NCBI GenBank assembly: GCA_000934665.2
Contig: JYFJ02000421.1
Coordinates: 1 to 64,000, forward strand
Direction of reading: 5' to 3'
Origin: Catajapyx aquilonaris
Lineage: Eukaryota
DNA length: 64,000 nucleotides
The notes beneath the pieces were generated by a model, which was given only the letters and a program-made list of their open reading frames with translations, was not told where the DNA came from and ran no database searches. Shown here one piece after another: positions 51,801-64,000 of the stretch. A program made the position numbers and the translations under genes. Numbering within the stretch: position 1 is the stretch's first letter; every line of letters begins with the position of its first letter.

Positions 51801-54800
51801 GTGGTGAACCTTTCTGTACGTTGGTGGGGGATACTTTTAATTATGCTTAAGCTGCGTAAAATTTTGGCTTATTGGATGGCGGCTGCAAGGGGGAGGCTTC
51901 TGTTGTTGGACTGAGTTGGTCATGCAGCTTCCATGGGAATTGACTCTCAATCCTCCGAGTTTTCACACCAGCTAGAGTAACAATCGGTGGCCAGTAGGCC
52001 AGTTAGGTTGCCTCAACACGCGCCACATGATCGGCTCACATGTCATATGCAAGGGGGGGTACGTGCTGCATAATAGAATCGTGACACTTTTTAACGTGCC
52101 AATTTGGTCGAGGCTAAATTTTCGGCAATAAAACGGGCAGAATTTATATGGTGCATAAAATTTTACTGGTCAGAAATGACAGAAACCTCTCTGTTAATAA
52201 ATCATAATGCTTGTAGTTACTCCCAATATTATTTTCATAATAGCGCTCCATGGGTATCTAAACTACACTGGCTATGTTCCCTAAATTAATTTGATACTAG
52301 CATCAGTTAAATGCGCGTCCGGCGGCAAATCTATAATTCGATCAACAGCAAAATGACATATTATGCATGACAATAAACCACGGCGGCAACAATAGTTTAT
52401 CACTGTAGCACTATATATGAGAGATATTACAGTGCATCCTTACTATGTAGATCAGATATTTCAGGGGGTAAACAAATTGGTGTGGATTTTATATTCACTG
52501 CTGCATGTCCCACACACTGAGTATGGCATCAACAAAAGGATGGTGGTTTGTCAAATGCATCGTACAAGGCTTTTGTCAAGCAAGGAAATAACTTTTGGCA
52601 TTTCCTTTTCAGTTACATAAGCTACGCCTACATGCGTATTTTTTAAATATTGTATTTTAGAGGAAGGGCGGGTAAAATGTTATATGTATAATGTAGCATT
52701 AATCAAGCCTTGCACGAAATGGAGATGATATTTTCAGAGGTCTGTTGGACTGTAAGATTATTCTAGCACTGAAAAGCTAGATGTGGTAGTATGTTTCAGG
52801 TAGCAGCTAAAATAAGCAAGAATTTTAATATTCATTTGCAGAGATCAATCACACGACTTAATGTCCCAGCACTATACGCGTATATGATATCCACCTGCCC
52901 TTGGTTTGCATACCGACTATTCATCAGTGTATTCGTAAGGAATATTGTGGGGAAAATAATTTTGTGAAACAGCTTTGACACCAGACCAGGAAAACATGCA
53001 AATTTTGGCAGCAAGGTGTTGCTACTGAAATTACTCCCTGAAAAGACAGTATTTTCAGGGGTAAGTAACACCTTGTGGCGGAAATATATTGACACCTACT
53101 ATTTTTCAGGAGGCAGATACTAATTCCTTCCGGTCTAACGACCCTCAAAAAGGACAGGAGGATATTTAGGAGAATTCATACATTACAACGTTGCATGCTT
53201 TTTCTATAGCCAGAGGCATCACCCACATTCCAAAAATCCAAACCGCATCTTCGAAACATGATGGCACCCTCTTTATAACTACACCAAAACTTTCCCCCAT
53301 CCAAAAGTTCACAAACCGCAACCCAATCACGAAAGTGCCCTAATGTAACATGAAGGTGAACTGTGGTACTTTCATGAGCCCCGTCAAACTGCATCATCAA
53401 ACCGAAACACCTCTTCTTTTTGACCAGAAGCAAAAGAGGTGCTGCCAAATCCCTCACCTTCTGATGACTTTCTCAGTAGCCCAAGCCAAAGTCAAAAGAA
53501 TGAATAAGTCCTGCAGCCACCATGCCGACAACCGACAATGGGCGTACAGGCAGCAGCATTGTTCAGCAGTGACACTTATCATTTATTATATCAAGCAGAG
53601 GGGCAGGTCCACAGCTGCGAGGCTGGTAACAGATTTCACAGCGGGCATGCCGGGTATGGTCTTGCTGTAATTCCCCCGACGACCCGACCCGGACACGCGC
53701 CACGATGCTCATTTCCCAGCAGGGACGCCATTTTGACGACAGATGGCCACGTGACCCACCCACTCCCGCTGTTCCCCCTTGCTTTCAATGACGTAACTAA
53801 TGAGCCAAGAAAGGCAGACTTTGGCCGCAGAGGGTCCTCTCCCTCTGGGCACTCTCTCACCTACATTGCCCATCCATCATCCTTCGATTTACCCTCCCAC
53901 CACACCCTAGACAATACCGAGCAGTTGGTCGGTTACAAGTTGCATGCCACCTTGCAATTGTGATGGTCATTCCTTAACTTTTTTTGGCGCGTGTTATCCT
54001 GAATGGGTAGGTGACCCCAAAGTTGGGCCACATACGGCCAGTATCGTGATGACCCCCTCAATTAAAGTGTTCGTGTGCGGGGTCCCCCCGTTCTTTTGAT
54101 TTGCTCTTCCTTATTGGAAGGAAATAAACACCCGGCGCTTCCTTTGCTGAGAAAACCCCGCGTTTCTGGTAATTACTGTATTTGAGTGTCCCCCAGAAAT
54201 TTCGCCTTATTTATAAATCCGATGGGAAAAAGGAGTGACGCATGCACGGACTGATCAACCGGAGCTATCGGATTTGCTTTCCTGTGGCCTGGATTTCCCA
54301 GAGAAGACACCCCCTCCTCCTCCCTGTTCCTATATATATACCCCCTCCCCCCCAAACTATTCCAATCAGAAACTTGTGATATGAAAGATGAGACAAAGAT
54401 AAGGCGGTGATGTGATTTGGAATCCAGAAATTTAATCTGGGCTTTGCATGTCTCACAAGGAACGTATAGCTCACCATAAATGTAATAATATTCGACATGT
54501 AACCAGCAGGGTTGGGATCCAAAAAAAAAAAAAGTCAAGAATAATGGAAAAAATGGAGGAAAAATCCAGTTTCAGGGAATGGAGTGATGACACGCCATGA
54601 TAATCAGTTTGCTGGACATTAAACCTCCCGTGTTGAGTTGGATTAACCCCCTCTCCCAAAGAGAGGTTTTATGCTAAAGGGAAGCGGTTCAAGTTAACTG
54701 AAAAATTATGTGGCAGGTTGAAGTTAAAAATCGAGCTCGAAAAAGAACAACTCCTGTGAGACTACTTTTTTGGTGCGAGTGGACCTGCAATAAATTTGCG

Positions 54801-55323
54801 GGGGAGGGGAGAGGGTTGACCCTCCGGCACTCTCCTCCACCCTCTCCCCACTCTCCCATCCCTCAGCTCCCGGCACAATGCTAATATACAGGGTGTTCCA
54901 GAATAATATCTCCAGTACAATAGTCCATCTGTTATACTGTCACATGCCGGTCAATATGCAAGAGTCATGTGATGCATCATATATAGAGTGTGGCAGTTGG
55001 TTGTTTTTCATGTGAGGGAAGGTCACACCTGCTCTTTACAAAGTGGTGCAAGTGGGAGAATGTTGCAAGTAGATATTACAATTCAGAATTATCAGAGACA
55101 CATTTGAATGATTTTCAGATATGCAATAAGGTAGGTTTTGAATTTAAAGATTGAATGACTTCTTCTGGGATATATATTTTCCAAACATTTCTCCAACATA
55201 TGCTAATTGCTATGTCAGAAAATGGACTGAACCATCAGAAAATACGCTCTGTTATACACATAGTTTCACTCATTTTTGACAATAATGTGACTTGAAACGT
55301 TCAATTATTTTCCTTTTTCAATA

Positions 55324-55478
55324 CAGCTGAATCCGGATATAACAGACTTCAAGGGACCGCGGTATGTTATTATAACCGAGGTCTGTTATAGTCGAATACA
55401 CCGGCCATATGTGGAAGTATGCCGGGACCGGCATTCCGAGTCTGTTATAGCTGAGGCTGCTATATCCGGATTCAACTG
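55324..55478. mobile_element. pogo/Tigger-like MITE (Tc1/mariner superfamily)
   Basis: TA|CAGCTGAATCCGGATATAACAG ... CTGCTATATCCGGATTCAACTG|TT: 22-bp TIRs with 2 mismatches and an eroded right TA. Internal TCTGTTATAG repeats echo the TIR. Confidence 0.8.
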
Positions 55479-55596
55479 TTTACGTGTATAAAGGGAATTT
55501 TGGTACGATTTATATTTCAAACACGTGTAGGCCTATACATTAATGCCTATTGGAGCTCTTCGAAGCACTTGAAAGATAAATAGCATTTATAAAGAA

Positions 55597-55880
55597 GCCG
55601 GCGCGGCGCCCACCGGTGGACTGGTGGTTAGCGCACTCGCCTCGGGTCCCAAAGTTGTGGGTTCGAACCCGGGCGAGGTCGATGACTTTTCTTCGGGTGG
55701 TAGAAAAGTGAGAATCCTCCTTCCTTCGGAGGGGACGTAAAGCTGTCGGTCCCGTGTGCTTGTGACATTGCGCGAGTGCATGTTAAAGATCCCCAGAGTG
55801 GCCAAATGTCCAGGAGAAGGCGTCGTCGGTGTTGAACCTATAGCGGCAGAAATAGGCTGACGTTAAGCTCCCATTAAAGT
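55597..55880 (+). mobile_element. tRNA-derived SINE with Deu/Nin-domain-like core
   Basis: A box TGGACTGGTGG (55617-55627), B box GGTTCGAACCC (55660-55670). Core CCTTCGGAGGGGACGTAAAGCTGTCGGTCCCG...GCATGTTAAAGATCCC (55723-55793) matches the Deu/Nin-domain pattern from memory. The 3' end is approximate. Confidence 0.8.
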
Positions 55881-55991
55881 ATTTCCAAAGAAAGCCCTCT
55901 GCCATCCAGTTCAAATAAACGCTATTGTGGATATGAAATGAAAATAAACAAGAAAGAATTCAATGCCACGTTGCTGGCTATATAGTTCTCC

Positions 55992-56060
<69 letters not shown>
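55992..56060. repeat. (ATA)23 microsatellite
   Basis: Perfect trinucleotide run of 69 bp. Confidence 0.95.
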
Positions 56061-59000
56061 TCATGTGGTTATTTGACCCCACAAAACTCAAAGAAATTAA
56101 AGCAATAAATGTGGTGTAGCTAATATAGGGCAGATTAGGGGTCTAAAACATCCCGATTTGATGGCCAAGAAGGGGAATATAGACCCTGTACCGAAACGTC
56201 ACAAAACTGCTGTGGTATTTCCCAAAGTGCCAAAGAATCCCCGTTCAAGTGGGCGTGGAAATGGCAAAAGTGGCAAGTCAAGCCCGTTTCCTTTCTCCCT
56301 CTGCCATTAGAAGATGTTCCTGTGCGCATTTCCCTCCGCTTCCTATATCAGCAGCCCCCCCCCCCTCTCCCTCTTCCCCCCCCTCTTCCATCCTCCCTCC
56401 CTTCCTTCCCCCTCCCTCCAATCCCTTGGCAGTGAAAAAGGGACGAACCTGCGCCCCGATTTTCATCAGCGAGGCTGGACTCAATTCCCCGATGAGAAAT
56501 TCGGCCTGATAGTGGTCGGGGAATAAAATTAAGGCGGCTACACATTAATTACACGTCACTGATAGGATTGCGGTTGTTCCTGACTTGGACTCACGAGGGA
56601 TTCGAGCGGGGCCCGGCTTCTGATTTAATGGCGGGCGAAAATGTCTTCTCCTGGGGATAGATGTCACTGATCACCGTGGTGGAAATGGCGGGGGGAGACA
56701 GTTGAAGAGCTAACGAGAAGAAAAAGAGGGAATGAATCAACCATGAATCCCTCGTCCTGAACATCAAGTGTGCAGCCTGGGGAAGAAAAAAAAAGAGTTC
56801 CTGCACCCCCCCCCCCCTTGACGTCGTATCTGAGTTGCTTCCAGCTACACCGTTCAACTACACCGACGTCATGCATTTTATAGCAGCGACGCGACCGTTA
56901 TTGTATACGCTCGTCACCTAGGCCTGAGCGTATCCGCTTGCATCGTCACTTACGTTTGTTTAAAAAATGTAAAAATTGCTCCGAGACATATGTCTGAAGA
57001 GGTGGGTTTATTCATTTCACCCGGAAGCACAACAGCTTCCTCCATCTTGTCAAAAAAGACACATCTTGTGATGAAATGAGAAGTTCTGGCAACGACATCT
57101 GCGGTGGGCAATTGGAAGCGTTGCGATTAGGTTATCACAGGGGAACGCAATGTGTCACCGGATATATTCCATTCGTCCTTTTCACGGCCGGTCCTGACCA
57201 AATGGGCCTATTCAGCTCCGGGTCCATATATGAAGGGGGGAGAAGGGTGGTTTGGCGCTCCCTCGAACAGGACAATTTGCCTTGTCTTGAGTGTAGTAGG
57301 GGCAAGTAAATCCCCCCTCCTTTGTCCAGACAGACATCAAATCTTCGCCTGGAAGAAAAAGGTCCTTTTCACCTCGATATGATCACGGCCGTTTCATGGA
57401 GTCCCTTATCTGACCTGTGCCATTTGCAAGACTTTTCCAGTCCACAGCCAGAGAAAGGGAGAAAATGTCTTTCTTTTTATTTCCTCTGCCCTGCAGCGCT
57501 CGGTAGGGAAATATATACCACCGATAAGACCAGACGGCCATTTTGGTGCCAGCCAGCCCATCTTCAGCTATAATGCAGTATTGGCAGGATCAGAACATTT
57601 TTCTACCTTCCATTTTTTTTTTTTTGCTGCGTTTGAAAAACGTGACTTATTTGGTGGGAGGATCGAACACACGTGCCCCAAATTAAACAGTCCATCAAAG
57701 CCAGCTACTGACAAGTGAATCTTCCTCCACCCCTTTAGCGGCCTAATACACAACTCGTTGCATGGTTAATAATAATCGGCTATACGCAACGGACCCACGA
57801 ACACTGTTGCCTTACACGCTTTGAGTTGGGGAGATAGGTGAAGGATTAAGAAATGAATCGGACGGGGCAAGTCACGTCATCTGTTTCACTTGGAGAGATG
57901 GGAGACCCCTCCTGTGGTGGTGGCTGGCTAAGGTTGAATTAGCGGAATGGAGCAAGATGGATGGTTTCTGTCCAATAATTAGGGAAGGTTTGTTGCCGAA
58001 GTCTTGGAACTGAGACAATATTATATGGTGTATATGCGCTTGAAAGTCGGCGTTCGATCAATCAAACTCGAAAGGTTCGGGGCTTGTAAGCCAAACTTGT
58101 AAAATCAGACGACTTTGTAGAACAGGAGTTGGTGCAACTGATCAAAGTCAGAGTCAGCGTTTATCGCATGGGACAAGTATATCTAGAATCCTATACACGG
58201 TCAAACGGTTCAAAGAAAAGTCGCGCCTATTTCTCAATTACAGGTGTTTCTTCACCACCTATGGTCATATTCGTCACAAAATATGACGTCATCTTGATAA
58301 GTATGGGCTGGAAGTACCGGTATATCATCGTAGGCTACAAATTGAGAATTACGCAGCACAAAGAAAAGTCAACCCTTAGAATTGACTGTCGGGGCAAGTA
58401 GAGCTATAGCAATGGCGATTTGTGGTGTAGGGAAGCTGGGGGCCTGGATGGATGTGAAGGGGTGGTTAGTTGGTTAGTTGAGAGAAGGGGGGGTTAGAAA
58501 CGAGAGTGTTGTGCAGCAGGGTGGGTTAGAAGCCGGTGTGGGCAAAGAGCTGGCGCGGACTCGGCATCCATTCCTTGGAGGGCCATGCAATTTATTCGGT
58601 AATTATGACGAGCACGAAGCGGGACCGAGATGACTCTCCGGCGTGCGATACGATGATGACTTTTGACAGTTTGTTAATGGAAAGTAATAGAATTAGCCTT
58701 ACGCAGTAGCTGGAAAATTGAATGAGATTCCATTATGCAAGGCGCGTACTCCCAGGCTTCAGCACCCTATGCAAGGTACATTGTTGGTTGTAGCTCATTT
58801 TACAGGCCTGTAAGCCGACTCCTTTCCAAAATGGCATGGATGATACGCCGACCCACGACTACTGTCGGATGCATCACGTTCGCTGTTCAGCTTGCCTACC
58901 TATTCGCTGTGAAATGTAAAAATTAAGTTATCAAGGCCGGCTTCAAGCGCGCCACGTCTGGCCTTTGCTTAATTATATGGCTGGCGTGGAATGCTTTCAA

Positions 59001-60282
59001 ATAGTGTGACAGCGGATTTGCGTCCGTTTTGTGCACAGCTGCCTCCGTGCAGGCGACATATTCACTGCACGCCCACATGCTGGACTCAAAGCCAAAAAGT
59101 GCGTGGAAAAAGGATAACCGTATATATACCATGGGGAATTTCATATTCAAGGGACGCCTACAAGATATTTTCGTAATTAACTACGCCTTAAGTCATGGAA
59201 CATAGCTTTTATCTCATCGCTCGGAACACAAAAATGTCCAGAAGTTAATGTCTAGGAACATGACTATAAACTTACTCAAGTGTGTATATAGTCAGATTGT
59301 GTGTGCACGTGTATGTAGAGCAAAAAAGTGATGATTTTTAAAAATTTAGTGCTGATTTCTGAATCGTGAGAAAATACTCTCATTGACAGTGAACTTGAAT
59401 CAGCCGTCAGAACTATAGTGATGAAACCATGTAATACATTATTATTGGGGGAATAAGCGTGTCAGGTTTAAAAAGAAGTTGTGGCTAGTCGTACTATCAG
59501 CACTTGCCCGTAAAGGTAAAGTCTCTGTGAAAAAAACAAGAGTGTTGATGGTTGGATAGCGCCAGGATATTTGGCCTAAACTTTTCATGACGAATGACAA
59601 TTATTCCAACTTGATCCACTGCATCAAAGAGGTTGTGGCATGTCTTTTCATATTAATAAAGCTTGGGGTTTTAATTTCTCAAGCTTTTACCTCAATGAAA
59701 CGCTTTAAAGTAATTATTCAAAATGCGTGATCCTCATAATCAGATGAAATGTGCAAAACAAAATAATCACATTACCGGTACTTGAGTTTCATGCTCTGTG
59801 AATGATGGATAATAAAACATTGAAAAGGCGTATTTGGGTTTGATGGCTAAGTAAATGTTGAAGGAAATCACAAGGGTCGTTTCAATTTTTCTTATGCTCT
59901 GCTGCATGTTATCCCACCCTCTATCTCCCTTTCCCTTTAAAATATGACGTGCTAAGTTATTGTCCTATTAAACGACGCCTTTCAACGGCCAACTGTAAAT
60001 AATCACCCCTCCTTCCTTGTCCAAATAAGTAGGTCGAAAACAATTTATTTTGTGCCATTAAGGCAATCACAGTAAGATTGTACAACAAAAACTCTGATGA
60101 TGACAACAACAGAAAATCAGTGCGCGCAATTGCTAAATCTATATTAAAGAAAAGTTATGCGATATTATTAATCCAAGAGTGCAACCTGCTGAATATGTTA
60201 CAAACCTAATGCCCTAACCAAAATATAATAATGAGAAGCTTCTTTTACATACTCTTACAAGACTGAAGTACATGTTAGTATA

Positions 60283-60517
60283 CAGGGTGTTCCAGATTCG
60301 TGGGTCACTTTTTGATAACTGATATCGCCTGATAGTAGTTATTTTTTGTAGCTTGTTGTGCCCCTAACCATGTGCTCCATTCTATAGCCCCTGCTATATT
60401 CGACCCCCAGTTTTTATAGAATGGGGCACATGGTTAGGGGGACAACAAGCTACAAAAATAACTGCTATCTGGCGATATCAGTTATTAAAAAGTGACCCAC
60501 GAATTTGGAATACCCTG
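60283..60517. mobile_element. Tc1/mariner-type palindromic MITE
   Basis: TA|CAGGGTGTTCCAGATTCGTGGGTCACTTTTT ... AAAAAGTGACCCACGAATTTGGAATACCCTG|CA. Arms of about 104 bp (60283-60386, 60415-60517) around a 28-bp loop; the right TA is eroded to CA. Confidence 0.88.
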
Positions 60518-63500
60518 CATATGTTGTTATTTTTGCTTAATGCCTGTATAGTGAATAACAGCTCATTCCTAGGTTTGCACTATAACAACTTAAGTACATA
60601 GTGAAGCACATCAGCACTTGCTCGGTGCAAGTGAATCGATTTAGTGAAGGCAGTAGCTGCGGTTGTTTAATCCGACAAACAGTTTCTAAAAAGTCGATAA
60701 AAAATCCTGTTCCGAGAAAATGTCTAAGGTAAATACTGAACCGTATAATATTGGGACCCTCTGTATTTCACTGGCCGCCCCTCTTTGAGAGACATCCGCT
60801 ACCGCACCCCTTGGGGGATGCGTCGCATGCGGTAATTACTAAACCCGAGGAAACCACTGAGCACAGCAGTATATCATGGAACATATATTATAGGGTATTT
60901 GAAAGGGTACATCCTATTCAAACCATCAAATATTCAAATACTAATATGACTCGTTGTAAAACAAGGATAATATGTTCTCCCTCTACAGATTCGTCATTTC
61001 ATAATTCTCAAGGGTCTAGTATATACTGGTCTAATCCTGTAAATATCCTACACCTAGAGGAAATCGTTTCTCTTCCAGCAACGTTCAGAAGTAGCGTACT
61101 GTACTTGCGTAATCACTTGCAGTTGATAAGTGTGATAATATTTTACACTAAAGTTAATGCCATGTGTGTATACTGTAAGTTACAGTCAGTGTCATGTTAA
61201 TAAAACAATTATGTTATTCTCTCTTTGTGAGAAAGTAATTTTGTGGGTGAAGAATATATTATAACACAAGGATTTTATAATTATTCGTGCATCTGTATTA
61301 TATTAAGTTGAGAGAGAGGCTGGGTTGTTGGGTAAACCTATCCATCATAGTGATAATAAGGATTTGGAATGAGGAATCCCACATAAATACTGCACCCATT
61401 AATTTTATTTGTACCAAGTAATATATTTAAAAATGTAGGCTATACCTTAAAATTTGTCTGTCATCCATTTCAGCAGTTATTCACCTTTACGAACGTCTTA
61501 TGTTTCTACCATAAGTTCAACATCATGAAAATAATACGAAATTATCAAGTTGCATATAATATTCCAAGAATAAACACCATAATATTAAATCTGCACCAAG
61601 CATTGCCATTCATCGAAGAAAAATTACCCCCGGCAGTTACACAAGGTCAACAACTACACACTCGACAACCAACAACTGCGCTAATATAATTACACTTTCT
61701 AGACAAAAAAAACCCGGCAGCTAGGGGAAAAAACTCGACTTGAATCAATGAAGCAACTTGGCGAGAACTTTAACAGCGCAGAACGGACAAGAAACTGGTT
61801 CTATATCTGTAATCAGAAAACCGTGTGGCAAGAGTAATTAATTTGAGCGCCACTGGGGAGAAACTTGGTTACAAAAGCGCCACCTCCCTTCCCCCCCCCC
61901 CCCCNCCCCCCTAATATCAATACAGCATACGTAAACACAGTGAAAGTGGACCCTGTATATGCTACAAGGCAGGTGATATGTTGAACCCCCGTTTTGTAAA
62001 AAGGTGCGTTCGTTTTTCCCAAACACTTATCACACACATGGCCGATTCCAGGAACTAGGCTGCCTGCTCCCCTAGCCCTGCCCAACGAATTTTGTCGTCA
62101 TAAACTTGAATTATAGCACAACTTGCACTAACATGATGGAGACCTAGATAGAACCTGGGGTGTAATTAATTAAGGTAGGCTTACGCATGTGCAGAATTTC
62201 CTCCCCTCCCCCCCCAAAAAAAATAATTATGTCGTCGTTTCGAATGTCTTTTGATACAGGTAAATGAAGACAATTCATGCAACCCACAGTAGGGGGACGT
62301 AAAAAAACAAGTTGTACACGTCCAGATCGTAAACTTGTCCACAATTTATACGCTACAGGAATAATAAATGGCGGCATATATGTGCTTTTCAGTCGAATGT
62401 CACTCCCGACACTGCACGCTAATTACAATTTGTCAGGTCTGTCAGTGCAGAAGACAACCGAGAAATGAAGTTGCATGATGATGGCAATATAAGTTTCACA
62501 GCACCAGGTCGATCACGATCTCAGGTAAAAATGATCTGAAATTTTTCAAAAAAAAAAAAAAGAAATCACCGAGTGTATCATATTTAAAAGATTAGGGTTA
62601 CACAGTAGCTTTATTATTGCCCCTGCAGGTAACGAACCGTTTCAAGGTTGGTTATAATTATGATGAATCAGGCTGGCCCTGCAATTAATCACAAGGTCCA
62701 TAAGAATGCGCGCACAGGACGCCCTCAATTTTATGGCTTAACCACATGGTCGTATAATTGAAGGGGGTGAATATCTAAGGATCGTAGAACCCCGTGTCGT
62801 TTATCATGATGTCAATAATGCCTAATAATGCATGGATATTGGGATCATTTGTTATGATTTTTTCGATGGGGGGNNNNNTGGGGGGGGGGGGAGTTTCGCA
62901 CTAGAAAAATCTGTACTAGAACACCATGATTTATGAGCAATTTGGCCTATATTTCATGCGGCCATTTGGAGACGTAGAACCCTGGTTTTCTATTTCGAGA
63001 AGAGCCGAAAGACCAATACCTTACGTACTACAGCCCCCACTCATTGTTCCTTTAACAGTCTATAAATAAAGGTCGTTGGTTTCACGGGATGTTAAACGGT
63101 TTAATGGGAAGAGGTCGTAAATTTTCTGTTATACACCTATGAAGTTTCTGGCCTTTCCGAGGCCCCTTGATAGTTCTAATTCAATGGGATTGTGTGCGCT
63201 GCAATTAAAATTTTTCAATTGCATCACAATAGTCATGCTGGGGGTTTCTTCAGATCATTTGTGAAATATTTCAGTAGAAATATCATGGAGAAAATAAATA
63301 TGGGTCATTACTCAATTACGATCGGGGTACCCCCTGACCCCCAGTCACTCCCTCATAGCATTCGTCTTGCTCCTACACAATATTGATTTCCGCCCATTTC
63401 TCTTCAACAACTTATTAATGGGCAGCTGTGGCTGAGGGATTGGAAGAAGACCCAGCGGACTTTGCACGCGAAGAGCAAAACCCCAGAGCCGTCAGCCAAC

Positions 63501-64000
63501 TTTTCTCTTTCTTCTTCTCTTTCTACCCTCTCCCAATTTTCAGACAGGTAAAAAAAATATAAAGGGGTGGGGGTGGAGAGGTGAAATAAATTAATACCAA
63601 AACTTTTCAACAGATTCTGGATAGAATTACCACCTTGATAATTCCCGAGGGGGAGAGGGGGTGAACTTAGGGGGGGTTAATTTCCTTATTTTTTTCTATC
63701 CCCATCTCCCACCCTTCCCCTACTTTTTTTTGGGGGGGGGGGGGNGGTTTGATGCCACGAGGTGGCACGCAAGGGTCTAAAGGAGCAGGAGAGTTTTTCC
63801 TTAGAGGAACGAAGGGTGAGAGGGGGGGAGGGGGGGGGGGAGAAATTAAGACATGAACCGGCTGAAAAACGGCCTGAATATTCATGAGGAGAATTTTTCC
63901 ACAGGTGCTGCTTGCCTACCTTTTCATCCTGAGTGTTTTTCTCAAAGCCGCCCCTTTAATGTTCCTCTCTCATAAGCTTGTTCCACTGCTTCTCATTTTT

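Noticed and set aside
952..63885. The many 60-170 aa ORFs in the six-frame track as a gene cluster, operon or defence system
   Set aside because: They overlap in all frames, many start at GTG/TTG and none resembles a known protein. The DNA is eukaryotic and intron-containing; only the unc-4 exons and the mariner remnant look coding.

Overview
Eukaryotic (animal, most likely protostome/arthropod-like) genomic DNA, not a prokaryotic accessory region; almost all ORFs in the supplied track are spurious. The only protein-coding gene I can support is a three-exon unc-4/Uncx PRD-class (Q50) homeobox gene on the + strand: CDS join(10563..10950,21393..21559,27888..28472), 1140 nt, 379 aa, with a His10 tract, a homeodomain split at codon 46/47, the unc-4 KKGPGRPAHNAHPQTCSGEPI extension, an EIDVV motif and a C-terminal eh1 (FSIESLL) motif. 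It lies in a long gene-poor interval (about 10 kb upstream, 10.4 and 6.3 kb introns, about 35 kb downstream) with many motif-dense, enhancer-like blocks. The interval also holds the 3' end of a decayed mariner, at least five MITE/foldback families, three different tRNA-derived SINEs, a stand-alone tRNA-like cloverleaf and microsatellites. I found no convincing new multi-gene system. The best leads are regulatory features of unc-4 (frameshifting alternative donor, minimal uORF, Su(H)/E-box promoter cluster with a 3'UTR K box, a P3 site), a 590-bp nested foldback element and the intronic tRNA-like element.
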